Of a stretch of DNA of 64,000 bases, positions 9,101-16,794 are shown one piece after another. The DNA is taken from contig VGKO01000001.1 in the NCBI GenBank assembly GCA_016867035.1, positions 1,998 to 65,997 on the forward strand, in the 5' to 3' direction. Positions within the stretch are counted from its first letter, which is position 1. Each line of letters starts with the position of its first letter. The translations under genes were made by a program, and so were the position numbers. Origin of the DNA: Candidatus Pacearchaeota archaeon (GTDB taxonomy: Archaea > Nanobdellota > Nanobdellia > Pacearchaeales > GW2011-AR1). A model generated the notes under the pieces. That model ran no database searches. It was not told the DNA's origin and was given only the letters and a program-made list of their open reading frames with translations.

Positions 9101-11709
9101 GTTGCTATACTTGTTGGGCCATATGCTGTAGTATTCCAAGAAGTAATTGCACTCGATGTAGTATTTAAGTTTGTATGATTCATTCTTATTCTAAAATTCC
9201 CTAATGCTTGTCCTGGAACTTGAGAAACATTAATATATAATTGTTTAATTACAGAACCCGTTGAAAGCCCTGCTGCCCTTAAATCAGAAGCAAGATAAAC
9301 AGACTGCATTCTTGCATCATGAAAATAAGTATTTAATGGATCTGGATTTGATGACGAGCCCCAACCCAAAGTTGAAGTAGCATTTCCTGCATGAATCTCC
9401 ACCATTGTTCCCCCAGATATAGGATCCAAACTTATATTTATCTCTCCGCAATAACCATCGAAACATGAAACATTAACAGAAATATTAAACAATTCGCTAT
9501 AGTTAGCTCCAATATTTTCAGTAGGATAAACCATCTCGAGTGTAATTCTTGGAATTGAGCTTCTTGTAAGAGATATAACCCGCGAGTTCAGATTATTATA
9601 GCTATCATTTACAGTTATATTAAACGTATAATAATAATCTTCCAAAGCAGTTTTATTTGTCAAGTAACCCGAACAATTAATATTAAAATTTGTTGTATCA
9701 TTAACAGTATAGCAAGATATTTCTGAAAGGTCTGTAGCATTTATCTGATAAGCTAATGAATCATACTGTCCGATTGTTTGGTTTGCTAAGTTATTGAATA
9801 AAGGAGGGGTTGTATCTGAAACATTGACAAATATTTCAGCCGATATAAGATGATTGACAGTGTCATTAACAGTTATGTTTACCCAATATAAACCAATTGC
9901 AAGATTTGTGTTGTTTGTCAAGTAACCTGAACAATTAATATTGTAATTAGTTGTGTCATTAACTGTAAAACAATTAATAGCCCCGTCGTCTGTAGCATTT
10001 ATTTGATAGTTAAATGAAGAACCATATTCCGATGTTTTGTTTTCAATTGCTGTGAAATTAGGATTTAGTACATCTTTATTAAATGTAGCAGACTTACTAC
10101 CTATTGCCCCGGTAGTATCATTGCAATAAACACTCCAATTATTCCAACCGTCATTACTTGTCAATCCTGTCCAGTTTGTTCCTGCTGAAACAATTGAAGA
10201 ATTCCAGATTCCTGAAGAATTACTCCACCAACAACTATCAATCGCATTTGTATCTGTAACAGTATAGTTTAATTCTGTGATATCTAAATAACTCGTCCAA
10301 TTAACAGGGTAAGTTATATTTATTGTAGGCGGAACCAAACCCATACCTATACCCATTCCAACCCCCACTAATGCAGGATAACCATCATTTACATTTGAAC
10401 TGATATCCCAATAATTATTGTTTAAAGTATCATTGTAAGGATTAAAAGCAAAATCCCATGAATTAGATATATTTGTATATGTTGAAACATTTTTCATTTG
10501 TGCGGTTGTTTTTCCTATTCCTCCAGAGGAAGTTGTTTTGCTTGTTGTTTGATTATCCCAGAAGCAATTTGCACAAGCATAATCTTGATAATCGCTAAAC
10601 CCTCCCCCGCCAGAGTCTCCAGAAACTCTTCCAGTGGCATAGCATGCAAAAAGATAAACGTCTTGCATCTCTCCTCCAAAAGCAGCTGTGTAGCCAGAGC
10701 TACCTCCACCAGTAACATTACCTCTTGCAAAGGAGTTATTAATAAAATTCGTTCCTAAATATGCTAAACCGACAAAACCCCCACAACCCCTGCTAACACA
10801 ATAAACATTACCTGTAGCATATGATTCCTTGATTTTTCCATCGTATTCTAAGTCTCCTACAAAACCACCAACACTTTCATATCCGGTAGCATTTCCCGTA
10901 GAATAACATCTAGTTATTGTTCCGGTATTATGAGAGCCTACAAAACCACCGACCGAATCTTGATAACTATAAGATGTTGAGGCCAAGGCAGAGGCAGTAG
11001 AATAAGAATCGAAAACAGAACCCCCGTTACCTCCAATAAAACCCCCGCAGTCATCGCTTGTACCGCAGTTAACACTTCCAGTAGAATAAGAATTATTTAT
11101 ATTACCGCCATGAGAACCGACAAAACCCCCTCCAGAATCCCATGAAGTTACATTTATAATTGAATAAGAATTTTTTATGTATCCCAAGCTTAATCCGGCA
11201 AATCCACCAGTATAACTCTGACCTGCGATTCTGCCACTAACAAAAGAATTTGAAATATTTCCCTTATTGTAACCTATTAACCCTCCAGTATAAGAAGCTC
11301 CACTTATATTTACATTTATCAATCCAAGATTAGAGATATTACTTGATAATTCTGAATACCCTATTAATCCAATATAACTTGTAGAAGTTCTTTTTATGTA
11401 TAAATCCGTAATGTTATAATATTGGCCATTCAAGCTTCCTCTAAAGCTACTTGAAGAAGTTCCAATCGGAGAAAATCCTAATGCAGAGTTCCAAGATGTC
11501 GTTTCAGAACAGTTTATATTATTTGCAAGGCCAAAATTTCCTAATAAGTCTAGGCTCAAGTTTTGAAGCTGAGTACAATTTGTTATTAAACAAGGATCTA
11601 ATGTTGTGTTACCACCCGACATTCCCGCGACGCAACCAGCACTTACAAAGTTTATTGCAAATATAAAAAACAAAATTACAATAGTAAAAACAAGTAGACT
11701 TTTTTTCAT
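3166..11709 (-). CDS. Giant (2847 aa) cell-surface protein: signal peptide, Gly-rich GGF(V/I)G repeats, many Ig-like repeats, LamG/ConA-like lectin domain, one C-terminal TM helix, cytoplasmic PRC-barrel-like tail
   Basis: There is an uninterrupted 8.5-kb ORF. The N-terminus 'MKKSLLVFTIVILFFIFAINFVSA' looks like a signal peptide. Repeated modules contain 'CYTVNDTTNFN(I/V)NCSGYL' and 'CWWSNSSGIWNSSIVSAG.NWTGLTSN.GWNNW'. 'SIDEVRIWNRSLSAEEI' is typical of LamG_3 domains. 'LAILLILLLIILIY' is a TM helix near the C-terminus. The tail 'GTKVYSEDGNFIGKVEEIYLED...WLIRVDKR' resembles PRC-barrel domains. N-x-S/T sequons are very dense throughout. Confidence 0.8.
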   Translation of the reverse strand: MKKSLLVFTIVILFFIFAINFVSAGCVAGMSGGNTTLDPCLITNCTQLQNLSLDLLGNFGLANNINCSETTSWNSALGFSPIGTSSSSFRGSLNGQYYNITDLYIKRTSTSYIGLIGYSELSSNISNLGLINVNISGASYTGGLIGYNKGNISNSFVSGRIAGQSYTGGFAGLSLGYIKNSYSIINVTSWDSGGGFVGSHGGNINNSYSTGSVNCGTSDDCGGFIGGNGGSVFDSYSTASALASTSYSYQDSVGGFVGSHNTGTITRCYSTGNATGYESVGGFVGDLEYDGKIKESYATGNVYCVSRGCGGFVGLAYLGTNFINNSFARGNVTGGGSSGYTAAFGGEMQDVYLFACYATGRVSGDSGGGGFSDYQDYACANCFWDNQTTSKTTSSGGIGKTTAQMKNVSTYTNISNSWDFAFNPYNDTLNNNYWDISSNVNDGYPALVGVGMGIGMGLVPPTINITYPVNWTSYLDITELNYTVTDTNAIDSCWWSNSSGIWNSSIVSAGTNWTGLTSNDGWNNWSVYCNDTTGAIGSKSATFNKDVLNPNFTAIENKTSEYGSSFNYQINATDDGAINCFTVNDTTNYNINCSGYLTNNTNLAIGLYWVNITVNDTVNHLISAEIFVNVSDTTPPLFNNLANQTIGQYDSLAYQINATDLSEISCYTVNDTTNFNINCSGYLTNKTALEDYYYTFNITVNDSYNNLNSRVISLTRSSIPRITLEMVYPTENIGANYSELFNISVNVSCFDGYCGEINISLDPISGGTMVEIHAGNATSTLGWGSSSNPDPLNTYFHDARMQSVYLASDLRAAGLSTGSVIKQLYINVSQVPGQALGNFRIRMNHTNLNTTSSAITSWNTTAYGPTSIATSSFSVSRLFEFNFTNNFTWDGTSNIIIDFSRDNSGWTSNGGLYVVTGLANGRSLGGQSDSGYIWPFDSMASTPYTLVPKIWLTYTGGTGVKSGLVSMNTSATPFYTTTQNPYNVTLSHAQTSTITWIVNATGTSLSPNTFFVYANMTSNMTISNITTKWNVTIRDIVSPTFTNLSNKSIEYGSALSHTISASDTFGVSCYTVNDTTNFAMSCAGILTNKTLLNVGLHNLNITINDTSNNLASGLMWVNVSDSLAPAINIIYPANNTNYIVNISTLNYTVADNSSISGCWWSNSSGIWNSSIVSAGINWTGLTSNEGWNNWSVYCNDSYNNLGSRINRFFKDTILPVFNNLANQTTTEVLGLGYQINATDSNNISCFTVNDTTNFNVNCSGYLKNNTLLAGRTYWINITINDTLNNRVSNIIFVNVSDSNFPTFNNLTNQTVLYGNAFTYQINATDASGISCYTVNDTTNFNVNCSGYLKNNTLLAVGLYNLNITVNDTLNNLASRTIFVNATPRNYPQLSFISPTPIDGTSTTNTSIQINTSIVGSHGLTNIIYNWNGVNYTFYENSLVLMYNFDNISSLGENVTHVKDASINGNNGTLSGAVINSTSGKYGMGAFFDGINDVISVADSNSLDLTTRGTISLWAKRNSLKSYQMYVTKATPGSTSTGYQLMDYATTGRITFRWSTDLAETIISKNNLSVGNWSHLAVTYNGSQLRIYIDGVLDNSTAYSTNAVANTELLRVGARSDGYYFNGSIDEVRIWNRSLSAEEIYEQYVSNLQKFNSTQWYFYANQSKNSTAGLDLGTYSYQLFASDSIGFSNSTEQRTIIIRNANPAISIVYPLNGTSYATNISVLNYSVSSNENISACWYSVNNAETNSSIFSAGINWTGLTSNEGWNNWTVYCNDSLNNIGNGVSSFYKDTFTPNVTLNSPSDAYSLGTSNSVNVSFNCSSADNLALKNISLYLTNNSNGNFTFNRTTNINGTINTTNWTLTLGIGTYTWNCFVSDSLGNSNFSINRTITIGFSDSTLPVVNITYPINGTGYGSITTLNYSVSDDVALSACWYSNNSGINNYSIQSAGQNFTGLTSISGWNNWIVYCNDTSNNIGSNLISFNMDNVAPNLTLNSPALNYAATITSSTTNVSFNCSSADNFALKNISLYITNSSNGNFILNKTTNITGTLNSTNWTLALGVGNYTWNCLAFDSLGNSNWSTNRTIILQSNIAPNITLNYPTNNSHLNNRISILLNATASDNNGNLDNFTVWFYGGYPNGTYSLINITYNITNGTQVTYNWSLGSSGRYNWTVIASDGKANSTNYFFYFNLTNFSISCEAGGSYQQGALVLVQGTILNESVVVPNYAVNLSIYDSNNNLDANQNLTTASDGGFETSFANLSVGSYVLNATSTYKGYNETCQDTFSIGGPASFVLDKILSIHNMTNTSIIYNFTLRVINKGLSDATSTILTDSDSTDSPYNLENISANSSSTRSYIKLYERNSSTYNISIAIARVNATNSYSGNQVSANSSEIILIIPAAETEQQLTLTKNAYYNSENSTSVNYTISLEIVNSGGEDLTNITLIDSDLELTTTTNLNRTQNYTYLSSIIIDKAASNANKLFVKATATVNSITYSSNQINVRIPGYGGPADAIVNAPASVTASTSFNTIITIENKNSDVGQDFVIDYWITNENENTNYTSGQQTIYVSANGNSYLTATLTSPSSSGNYRFRGLVSWAGGTATAYDSFVVSSSVTDNTGGSSGSTGGSGGSNLLGNVIKDNIVCNPPYIRYGAECCLDKNNNSICDSDEDISTNIKDESKNQNVELKDNSSVITKTKDIFGNTFNHIFRGVKGISSKGENLAILLILLLIILIYKMRIKVYSLIKNIIFEVRRIFNKGSKNRLSRLTGTKVYSEDGNFIGKVEEIYLEDKIPKIYGWLIRVDKRISKKIGKKLILIKQDAVYSIKDVIILKSSIENYLDDFSKGLQNLDKPKIS

Positions 11710-11888
11710 TTTATCTTCATCTCCCTCTTAAATTTAATTATCTCTTCTGCATCTTTTATCTTCCAGAGAGCATTATTATAAAAATTAGAAACAGCAGGCT
11801 GCGAGATATTAAGTTTTTTAGCTATTTCTAGCTGAGTAAGCCCTTGTTTTTTCAACTTAAGAACCTCTTTTTCCCTGTCGCTAAGCAT
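11706..11888 (-). CDS. Small HTH DNA-binding protein (LuxR/sigma-70 region-4-like), putative regulator
   Basis: 'LTQLEIAKKLNISQPAVSNFYNNALWKI' is a classic HTH with a recognition helix. Its stop overlaps the start of the giant gene by 4 bp (11706-11709), suggesting co-transcription or translational coupling. Confidence 0.55.
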   Translation of the reverse strand: MLSDREKEVLKLKKQGLTQLEIAKKLNISQPAVSNFYNNALWKIKDAEEIIKFKREMKIK

Positions 11889-11999
11889 AACTATTATAAC
11901 TTATTTAGGTTATATAAAGCTATCTAAATACAACAATATTAAAAAATTAAAGGATAAAAATTATCCCAAAATTTAAAATAAGATTACATATCAGGGGCG

Positions 12000-13046
12000 T
12001 TAATCTTCTCCACTTTCTTCATCAGTAACGCCCTTGCTAGCTACAAAGAAAATAGTTTCATTATCAGGCAAGTTTGGGGAATCAATTAACTTAGCTACTC
12101 TTGAACCTTTCTTGCCTTTTCTAAGATAAATTCTATAAGTTGAAGCATGTCCAACTATATTCCCGCCAATAGCAGTTGTAGGATCTCCAAACAACATTCC
12201 GGGATTACTCATAACCTGATTAGTAACATAAATCGCAAGATTATTTTGCTCTGCAATTTTCATTAAATTATGTAAATACTTATTCAATTTTTGTTGTCTA
12301 TCTGCTAATTGTCCTCTTCCTGAGAATTCAGCTCTAAAATGAGCAGTAAGCGAATCGACTACAATTAACTTGATAGGCTCATTATTTTTAATCATCTCTT
12401 GAACCTTATCCAATAATAATATTTGATGGTCTGAATTAAAAGCTCTTGCAACAAATATATTTTTTAAAACATTTTCCGGATTTAGCCCAAGCCCTGTTGC
12501 AATTTGTCTTATTCTTTCAGGTCTGAAGGTTCCTTCAGTGTCAATAAATACTGCTTTTCCATTAGCTCCACCCATTTCCACAGGTAATTGAGTTCTGATG
12601 GCTAAAGTAAATCCAAGCTGAGATTTTCCACTTCCAAAAGCACCATAAGCCTCTGTAATTGATTTAGTTTCAACACCCTTGCCCCCTAGAAGATTATCTA
12701 AATTTTTGCTTCCTGTACCAATAAAAAATATTTCTTTTCTCTTTTCTGAAAACTCTGAACCTGTTTGAAAACCCAAGTCCATCATTTTTCTTGCTGCTTG
12801 GATTGCTTTTCTAGCAACCGCTTCTCCAAGCCCAGCCATTTCTCCAAGTTCGGCAGGCGATAATACTGCAACACCCATTAAATCATAAATACCCGCATCC
12901 TCAAGCTTTTGGACAGTTCCCGGCCCAATTCCAGGCAAATCTGAGATTTTGTTTTCTTTTTTTTCTTCTTTTTCTTTTTTGGATTTTTTCTTAGATTCTT
13001 CTTTTTCCTCTATAACCTCTTCTTTTATCTCTTTTAAAGTTACCAT
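12000..13046 (-). CDS. radA: DNA repair and recombination protein RadA (Rad51/RecA family)
   Basis: An N-terminal HhH ('LPGIGPGTVQKLEDAGIYDLMGVA') is followed by Walker A 'GAFGSGKSQL' and Walker B '...LIVVDSL'. It carries a Lys/Glu-rich N-terminal extension. Confidence 0.9.
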   Translation of the reverse strand: MVTLKEIKEEVIEEKEESKKKSKKEKEEKKENKISDLPGIGPGTVQKLEDAGIYDLMGVAVLSPAELGEMAGLGEAVARKAIQAARKMMDLGFQTGSEFSEKRKEIFFIGTGSKNLDNLLGGKGVETKSITEAYGAFGSGKSQLGFTLAIRTQLPVEMGGANGKAVFIDTEGTFRPERIRQIATGLGLNPENVLKNIFVARAFNSDHQILLLDKVQEMIKNNEPIKLIVVDSLTAHFRAEFSGRGQLADRQQKLNKYLHNLMKIAEQNNLAIYVTNQVMSNPGMLFGDPTTAIGGNIVGHASTYRIYLRKGKKGSRVAKLIDSPNLPDNETIFFVASKGVTDEESGED

Positions 13047-13148
13047 AGAAAAACAGGACTTTCTTTATTTATAAGGTTTATTTTCTTGTGTTATATATAT
13101 CAAAGATACTTGGAAAAAATTTATATATATGTCCTCCCTTAAAAAAAA

Positions 13149-13502
13149 GTGGGAAGCACCTATTATCAAGAAGTTAAAGAATTAATGGCTTCGCAAGGAT
13201 ATGGCCGATGTACCCTAGATCAAGCCCATGTTTTTGATAAACTAGGTGTAGAAAACTACAAAAGAATTCTTAAGTTGGTTTTCCAAAAAAGCACAATTGA
13301 ATTTGAACTCGAGAATAGACTCGCAAGAAGGTATGCTTTTGTCGAAAGATGCAGAAGAAGAACCAAGGAGATTTTTAAAAGGCTAAGAGTCAAGATAACC
13401 ACCCTAGAAAAAGAAAAACATAATCTAAATGATTTACAAATAGCAGACTTAGAACACTCAGAGATATTTACAAGGACTCTTGAAGGAATATTCTCGAATT
13501 AA
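13149..13502 (+). CDS. Hypothetical protein (117 aa)
   Basis: The only support is the ORF itself. The stop abuts tRNA-Thr on the opposite strand. No recognisable motifs were found. Confidence 0.3.
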   Translation: MGSTYYQEVKELMASQGYGRCTLDQAHVFDKLGVENYKRILKLVFQKSTIEFELENRLARRYAFVERCRRRTKEIFKRLRVKITTLEKEKHNLNDLQIADLEHSEIFTRTLEGIFSN

Positions 13503-13574
13503 GCCTGTAGCCGGGATTGAACCGGCGACCCCCGCATTACGAATGCGATGCTCTACCAACTGAGCTATACAGGC
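13502..13574 (-). tRNA. tRNA-Thr (anticodon CGU)
   Basis: Reverse complement reads GCCTGTA-TA-GCTCAGTTGGTAGAGC-A-TCGCA-TTCGTAA-TGCGG-GGGTC-GCCGGTTCAATCCCGGC-TACAGGC. The 7-bp acceptor stem is perfect, with canonical D and T loops. The anticodon loop TTCGTAA gives anticodon CGT. Confidence 0.75.
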
Positions 13575-13637
13575 ATAAAAGGCTAAAAAAGAACAATTAT
13601 TTAATTTTTGCTACTCTTATTATTTTAATATCCCTAG

Positions 13638-13964
13638 TTAGCTCTTCTCACTAACATGAAGCCTGTGCTCAATCTCGTTCAACAGAGCTTGGAAAGCACT
13701 ATTTAGGGCTTTATTTAAATCCCAATCAAAAGCACTTGCGTTCATTCGTGGTATTTGCCCAGAGATTTCTAAATCAATACTATACTTTTTTCTCTTATTT
13801 TTATTTTCTTCAATTTTATTATGCTCTTTTACTAGAATTCTTAGATAAAAGTCATTGTTAATCCAGTTTTTTATTTTATGAGAGTATTTGCTGATTTTTT
13901 CATTAACTACTTGTCTTTCAGATTCGTTAAGAAGTTCTAACCCTTTTATTTCAATTGTTTCCAT
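13638..13964 (-). CDS. Ribosome hibernation factor-like protein (HPF/RaiA/YfiA family), tentative
   Basis: Hydrophobic and charged residue spacing ('IEIKGLELLNESERQVVNEKISKYSHKI...LRILVKE...YSIDLEISGQIPRMNASAFDWDLNKALNSAFQALLNEIEHRLH') aligns by eye with E. coli YfiA/HPF ('[28 protein letters not shown]...ILSKE...[34 protein letters not shown]'). Confidence 0.4.
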   Translation of the reverse strand: METIEIKGLELLNESERQVVNEKISKYSHKIKNWINNDFYLRILVKEHNKIEENKNKRKKYSIDLEISGQIPRMNASAFDWDLNKALNSAFQALLNEIEHRLHVSEKS

Positions 13965-14038
13965 TTAAAGAAGGAGATATTTTAATTTATATATCTTGTG
14001 AAACATTTTATTACAAACTATATTATTGTTTTTTCAAA

Positions 14039-14977
14039 TTAGGGTTTTTCTAATTCTTCTATTAATTTATCCAAATCTACTTCATGAATGTCATTAACAA
14101 AAATCTCCAGGTTCTCGGAAAGCTTGTTCTTTCTAACTCCGCCACCGATAAAAACCTCTTTCCCTAAAAGACTTTCTCTCTGAAGCATAAATTCTTCAGA
14201 ACTAGGGATTTCTGGAGTATTTGTCAATTTTTTTATTTGTTCTGAAAAAAGAACCGCCCTTATACTTGAAGTACCATCATCTATAATCAAAGTGAGTATA
14301 GCATTTTTTTTAGGTATAATCTTTCCATGAATTTCGCACTCTCCCATTTCATTCACTTTTTTATTACATTCAGAACATACACTATAAAAGGTTGGCCCGA
14401 AAATTTGAACAATAAAGGCTCTTGAAATTACATTATCATTCATTTGCATTTTCTCTATAGTTTTTTGTTGCAATACTTGCTTAGTTTGAACATTCTCAAG
14501 GATAACATTACTCAACTTAATGTCTCCAAAACTTGAGAGGTGCATCTCTCCGTTTCTTATATCTCCATTAGAAATTTCAACAACATCCCCTTCTTTTACT
14601 TCCCCCCTTTCTATTAAACCAATATGATTAACATCCCATAAAACTACTCTAATATTACTCGAATCGTCTGCAACTAAAAAACTTCCAATTTTACCGCTTC
14701 TCCCATTTTTATTATACTCAGCTACTTTATTCAATCTTATAATCTTACCAACAAGATTAATTCTTCTCATTCCGCTGAGTAATCCAGAAATTTTCATCTT
14801 TTGCTTATCAAAACTTATTCCTAGCTCAGAGGCTATAATCTGCGCAGCCCCTTCTTTACTAATAAGCCCAGATAACTTGGCTCTCTTAGCCTCTATCCTT
14901 CTCTCAATCTCATCTATAGGTAATTGCGAGCTTTCCGAGAGCATCTTTAGTATTTGTTCGTAATTTCCGTTTATCAT
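14039..14977 (-). CDS. Replication protein A (RPA)-like single-stranded DNA-binding protein with OB folds and a Zn ribbon
   Basis: It has an RPA-type N-terminal helical segment ('ISKEGAAQIIASELGI'), an OB-fold region ('GKIGSFLVADDSSNIRVVLWD') and a 'CSECNKKV...CEIHG' zinc ribbon. Confidence 0.6.
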   Translation of the reverse strand: MINGNYEQILKMLSESSQLPIDEIERRIEAKRAKLSGLISKEGAAQIIASELGISFDKQKMKISGLLSGMRRINLVGKIIRLNKVAEYNKNGRSGKIGSFLVADDSSNIRVVLWDVNHIGLIERGEVKEGDVVEISNGDIRNGEMHLSSFGDIKLSNVILENVQTKQVLQQKTIEKMQMNDNVISRAFIVQIFGPTFYSVCSECNKKVNEMGECEIHGKIIPKKNAILTLIIDDGTSSIRAVLFSEQIKKLTNTPEIPSSEEFMLQRESLLGKEVFIGGGVRKNKLSENLEIFVNDIHEVDLDKLIEELEKP

Positions 14978-15121
14978 CTTCCCTTTTTTATATTGTTCTC
15001 CTTTTACAAACAGATTTTTTGAGTTTTTAAAGACTATTGTTAATTAAAGCATAATAACAAAAAATGATGAAAACAAAAGTATAAAACAAATCTTTATAAA
15101 CCTAAAAAAACCAAGAAGATT

Positions 15122-15394
15122 ATGGGATTTACAGCAGTACAAATGAAATTAATGCCAGAGTCTCCTAGCGTAGACTTAAAGGCCATAGAAGTAAGTGCAG
15201 AGCAGATTATTAATTCAATGCATAAAACCCAAGTCAGAGTTGAAGAACAACCGATTGCCTTCGGATTAAAGGCAATAATTCTTAGTTTTGCTTGGAACGA
15301 TGAGATAGAACTTGAAAAACTAGAAGCAGAGTTCCAAAAAATACCCCAAGTTTCAAGTGTTGAAGTTCTTGATATAAGAAAAGCTTTCGGATAA
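15122..15394 (+). CDS. Elongation factor 1-beta (aEF-1beta)
   Basis: The 90-aa product has 'KLMPESPSVDLKAIE...IAFGLKAIIL...VSSVEVLDIRK', typical of archaeal EF-1beta. Confidence 0.8.
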   Translation: MGFTAVQMKLMPESPSVDLKAIEVSAEQIINSMHKTQVRVEEQPIAFGLKAIILSFAWNDEIELEKLEAEFQKIPQVSSVEVLDIRKAFG

Positions 15395-15456
15395 TTTTTA
15401 TCTTAATATAAATAAAAAAGTCAAAAATATTTATACTCCCCCATTCTAGATTTTTT

Positions 15457-16062
15457 ATGGAGTTTAAAATAAAAACACCCAAAAATGATTTGACTATTGA
15501 ATTATATTCCAAGTTTATTAAAAAACAAGAAATAAAATTACAAAGACAAGAGTTTATCGAATTATGCAAAAAATGCAGGAATTATAATAAAAAGTATTCT
15601 TGCCCTCCAAAATCCCCCGACTTTTATAATATTTGCAATAAAGAAGGATTATTTATTGTTCTTTTAAAAATAAATCTAGAGAATATTAAATCTACCGAAT
15701 ATAACAAAGTTCAATTAGCAAATTCTATACTTAAAAGTCGAGTTGATAAATTAATGCGAATTCTAGAAAAAGAGTTTAATACAAAATTTCTTAGCAGCGG
15801 CAGTTGCAGACTATGCAAACCTTGTAATCTTCAAAAAAATCTTCCTTGCAAACACCCCAAGGAAATGCGTTTTTCTTTAGAAGCAACAGGAATAGATTGT
15901 AATTTTCTTTCGCAAACCCTCTTTAACCTCCCATTACTCTGGTTTAAAGATAAAAAAGCCCCAGATTATACCTGTGTTCTAGCAGGTTTAATCTGCAATC
16001 AAGAAGAAACCGAAGCTATTAAACAGGCATTATCAAAAAATATAAATCAAATCCTTTATTAA
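15457..16062 (+). CDS. Cys-rich hypothetical protein, possible metal-binding
   Basis: Spaced cysteines are present: 'CKKCRNYNKKYSCPP', 'CRLCKPCNLQ', 'CKHP'. Confidence 0.4.
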   Translation: MEFKIKTPKNDLTIELYSKFIKKQEIKLQRQEFIELCKKCRNYNKKYSCPPKSPDFYNICNKEGLFIVLLKINLENIKSTEYNKVQLANSILKSRVDKLMRILEKEFNTKFLSSGSCRLCKPCNLQKNLPCKHPKEMRFSLEATGIDCNFLSQTLFNLPLLWFKDKKAPDYTCVLAGLICNQEETEAIKQALSKNINQILY

Positions 16063-16083
16063 CCTGATTTTCTAATATATTTT

Positions 16084-16782
16084 ATGCCAATAAATGATGA
16101 ACAAGCTAAGCAAATAAAGGAACAAATTTTAAAGCAAGTAGAAAACCTCCCAGAAGAAAAAAGGGCAGAAATAAAAAGTTATATTGAGCCGATGTCTAAT
16201 CAAGAGCTTGAAGAATTCTTAATAAAAAATAAAATGATTAGGCAAGAAGGAGAAAGCGAAAGTTCAGAAGATAGCGCAGGAGAAAATAGTTCAGGACTAG
16301 GGAAAGAATGTATTATGTGTGCTCTAGCTAATAAAAAGATAAGTTCTCTGGCTATTTACGAGGATAAAGATTACCTGGCAGCACTTGAAATCAATCCTTT
16401 CACAAAAGGACATACTATCTTAATCCCAAAACAGCATTTAGAAGAAACCAAACAAATAAAAAACAAAGCCCTAACTCTTGCAAACAGAATAGGAAAACAT
16501 ATAGTAAGCAAACTAGAAGCCGAAAGTTATGAGATAAATACTTCTGCAGAGCTAAAACATGCAATAATAAATATAATCCCTAAATATAAAGGCGAGAAAC
16601 TAGATTATCAAAGAAAGCCCGCTAAAAAAGAGGAATTAACTGAGATAGCAAGCAAGATAGGAACAATAAAACCAAGAATAAGCAAACCAAGAGAGAAAAA
16701 ACCAAAAGGCGAGAAAAATAATAAGGAAGAAAAAGAAGTAAGTAAAAAGAGTCTACCTTCAATGAATAGAAGAATTCCCTAA
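16084..16782 (+). CDS. HIT-family (histidine triad) protein with acidic N-terminal and Lys-rich C-terminal extensions
   Basis: 'ECIMCALANKKISSLAIYEDKDYLAALEINPFTKGHTILIPKQHLEE' matches the HIT N-terminal core. The His-triad region is degenerate ('HAIINIIPKY'). Confidence 0.6.
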   Translation: MPINDEQAKQIKEQILKQVENLPEEKRAEIKSYIEPMSNQELEEFLIKNKMIRQEGESESSEDSAGENSSGLGKECIMCALANKKISSLAIYEDKDYLAALEINPFTKGHTILIPKQHLEETKQIKNKALTLANRIGKHIVSKLEAESYEINTSAELKHAIINIIPKYKGEKLDYQRKPAKKEELTEIASKIGTIKPRISKPREKKPKGEKNNKEEKEVSKKSLPSMNRRIP

Positions 16783-16794
16783 TTTCTATTAAAA

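Noticed and set aside
13149-13502. 117-aa ORF whose stop directly abuts tRNA-Thr on the opposite strand.
   Set aside because: Kept only as a low-confidence feature. No motifs, and it could be a chance ORF in the tRNA promoter region.
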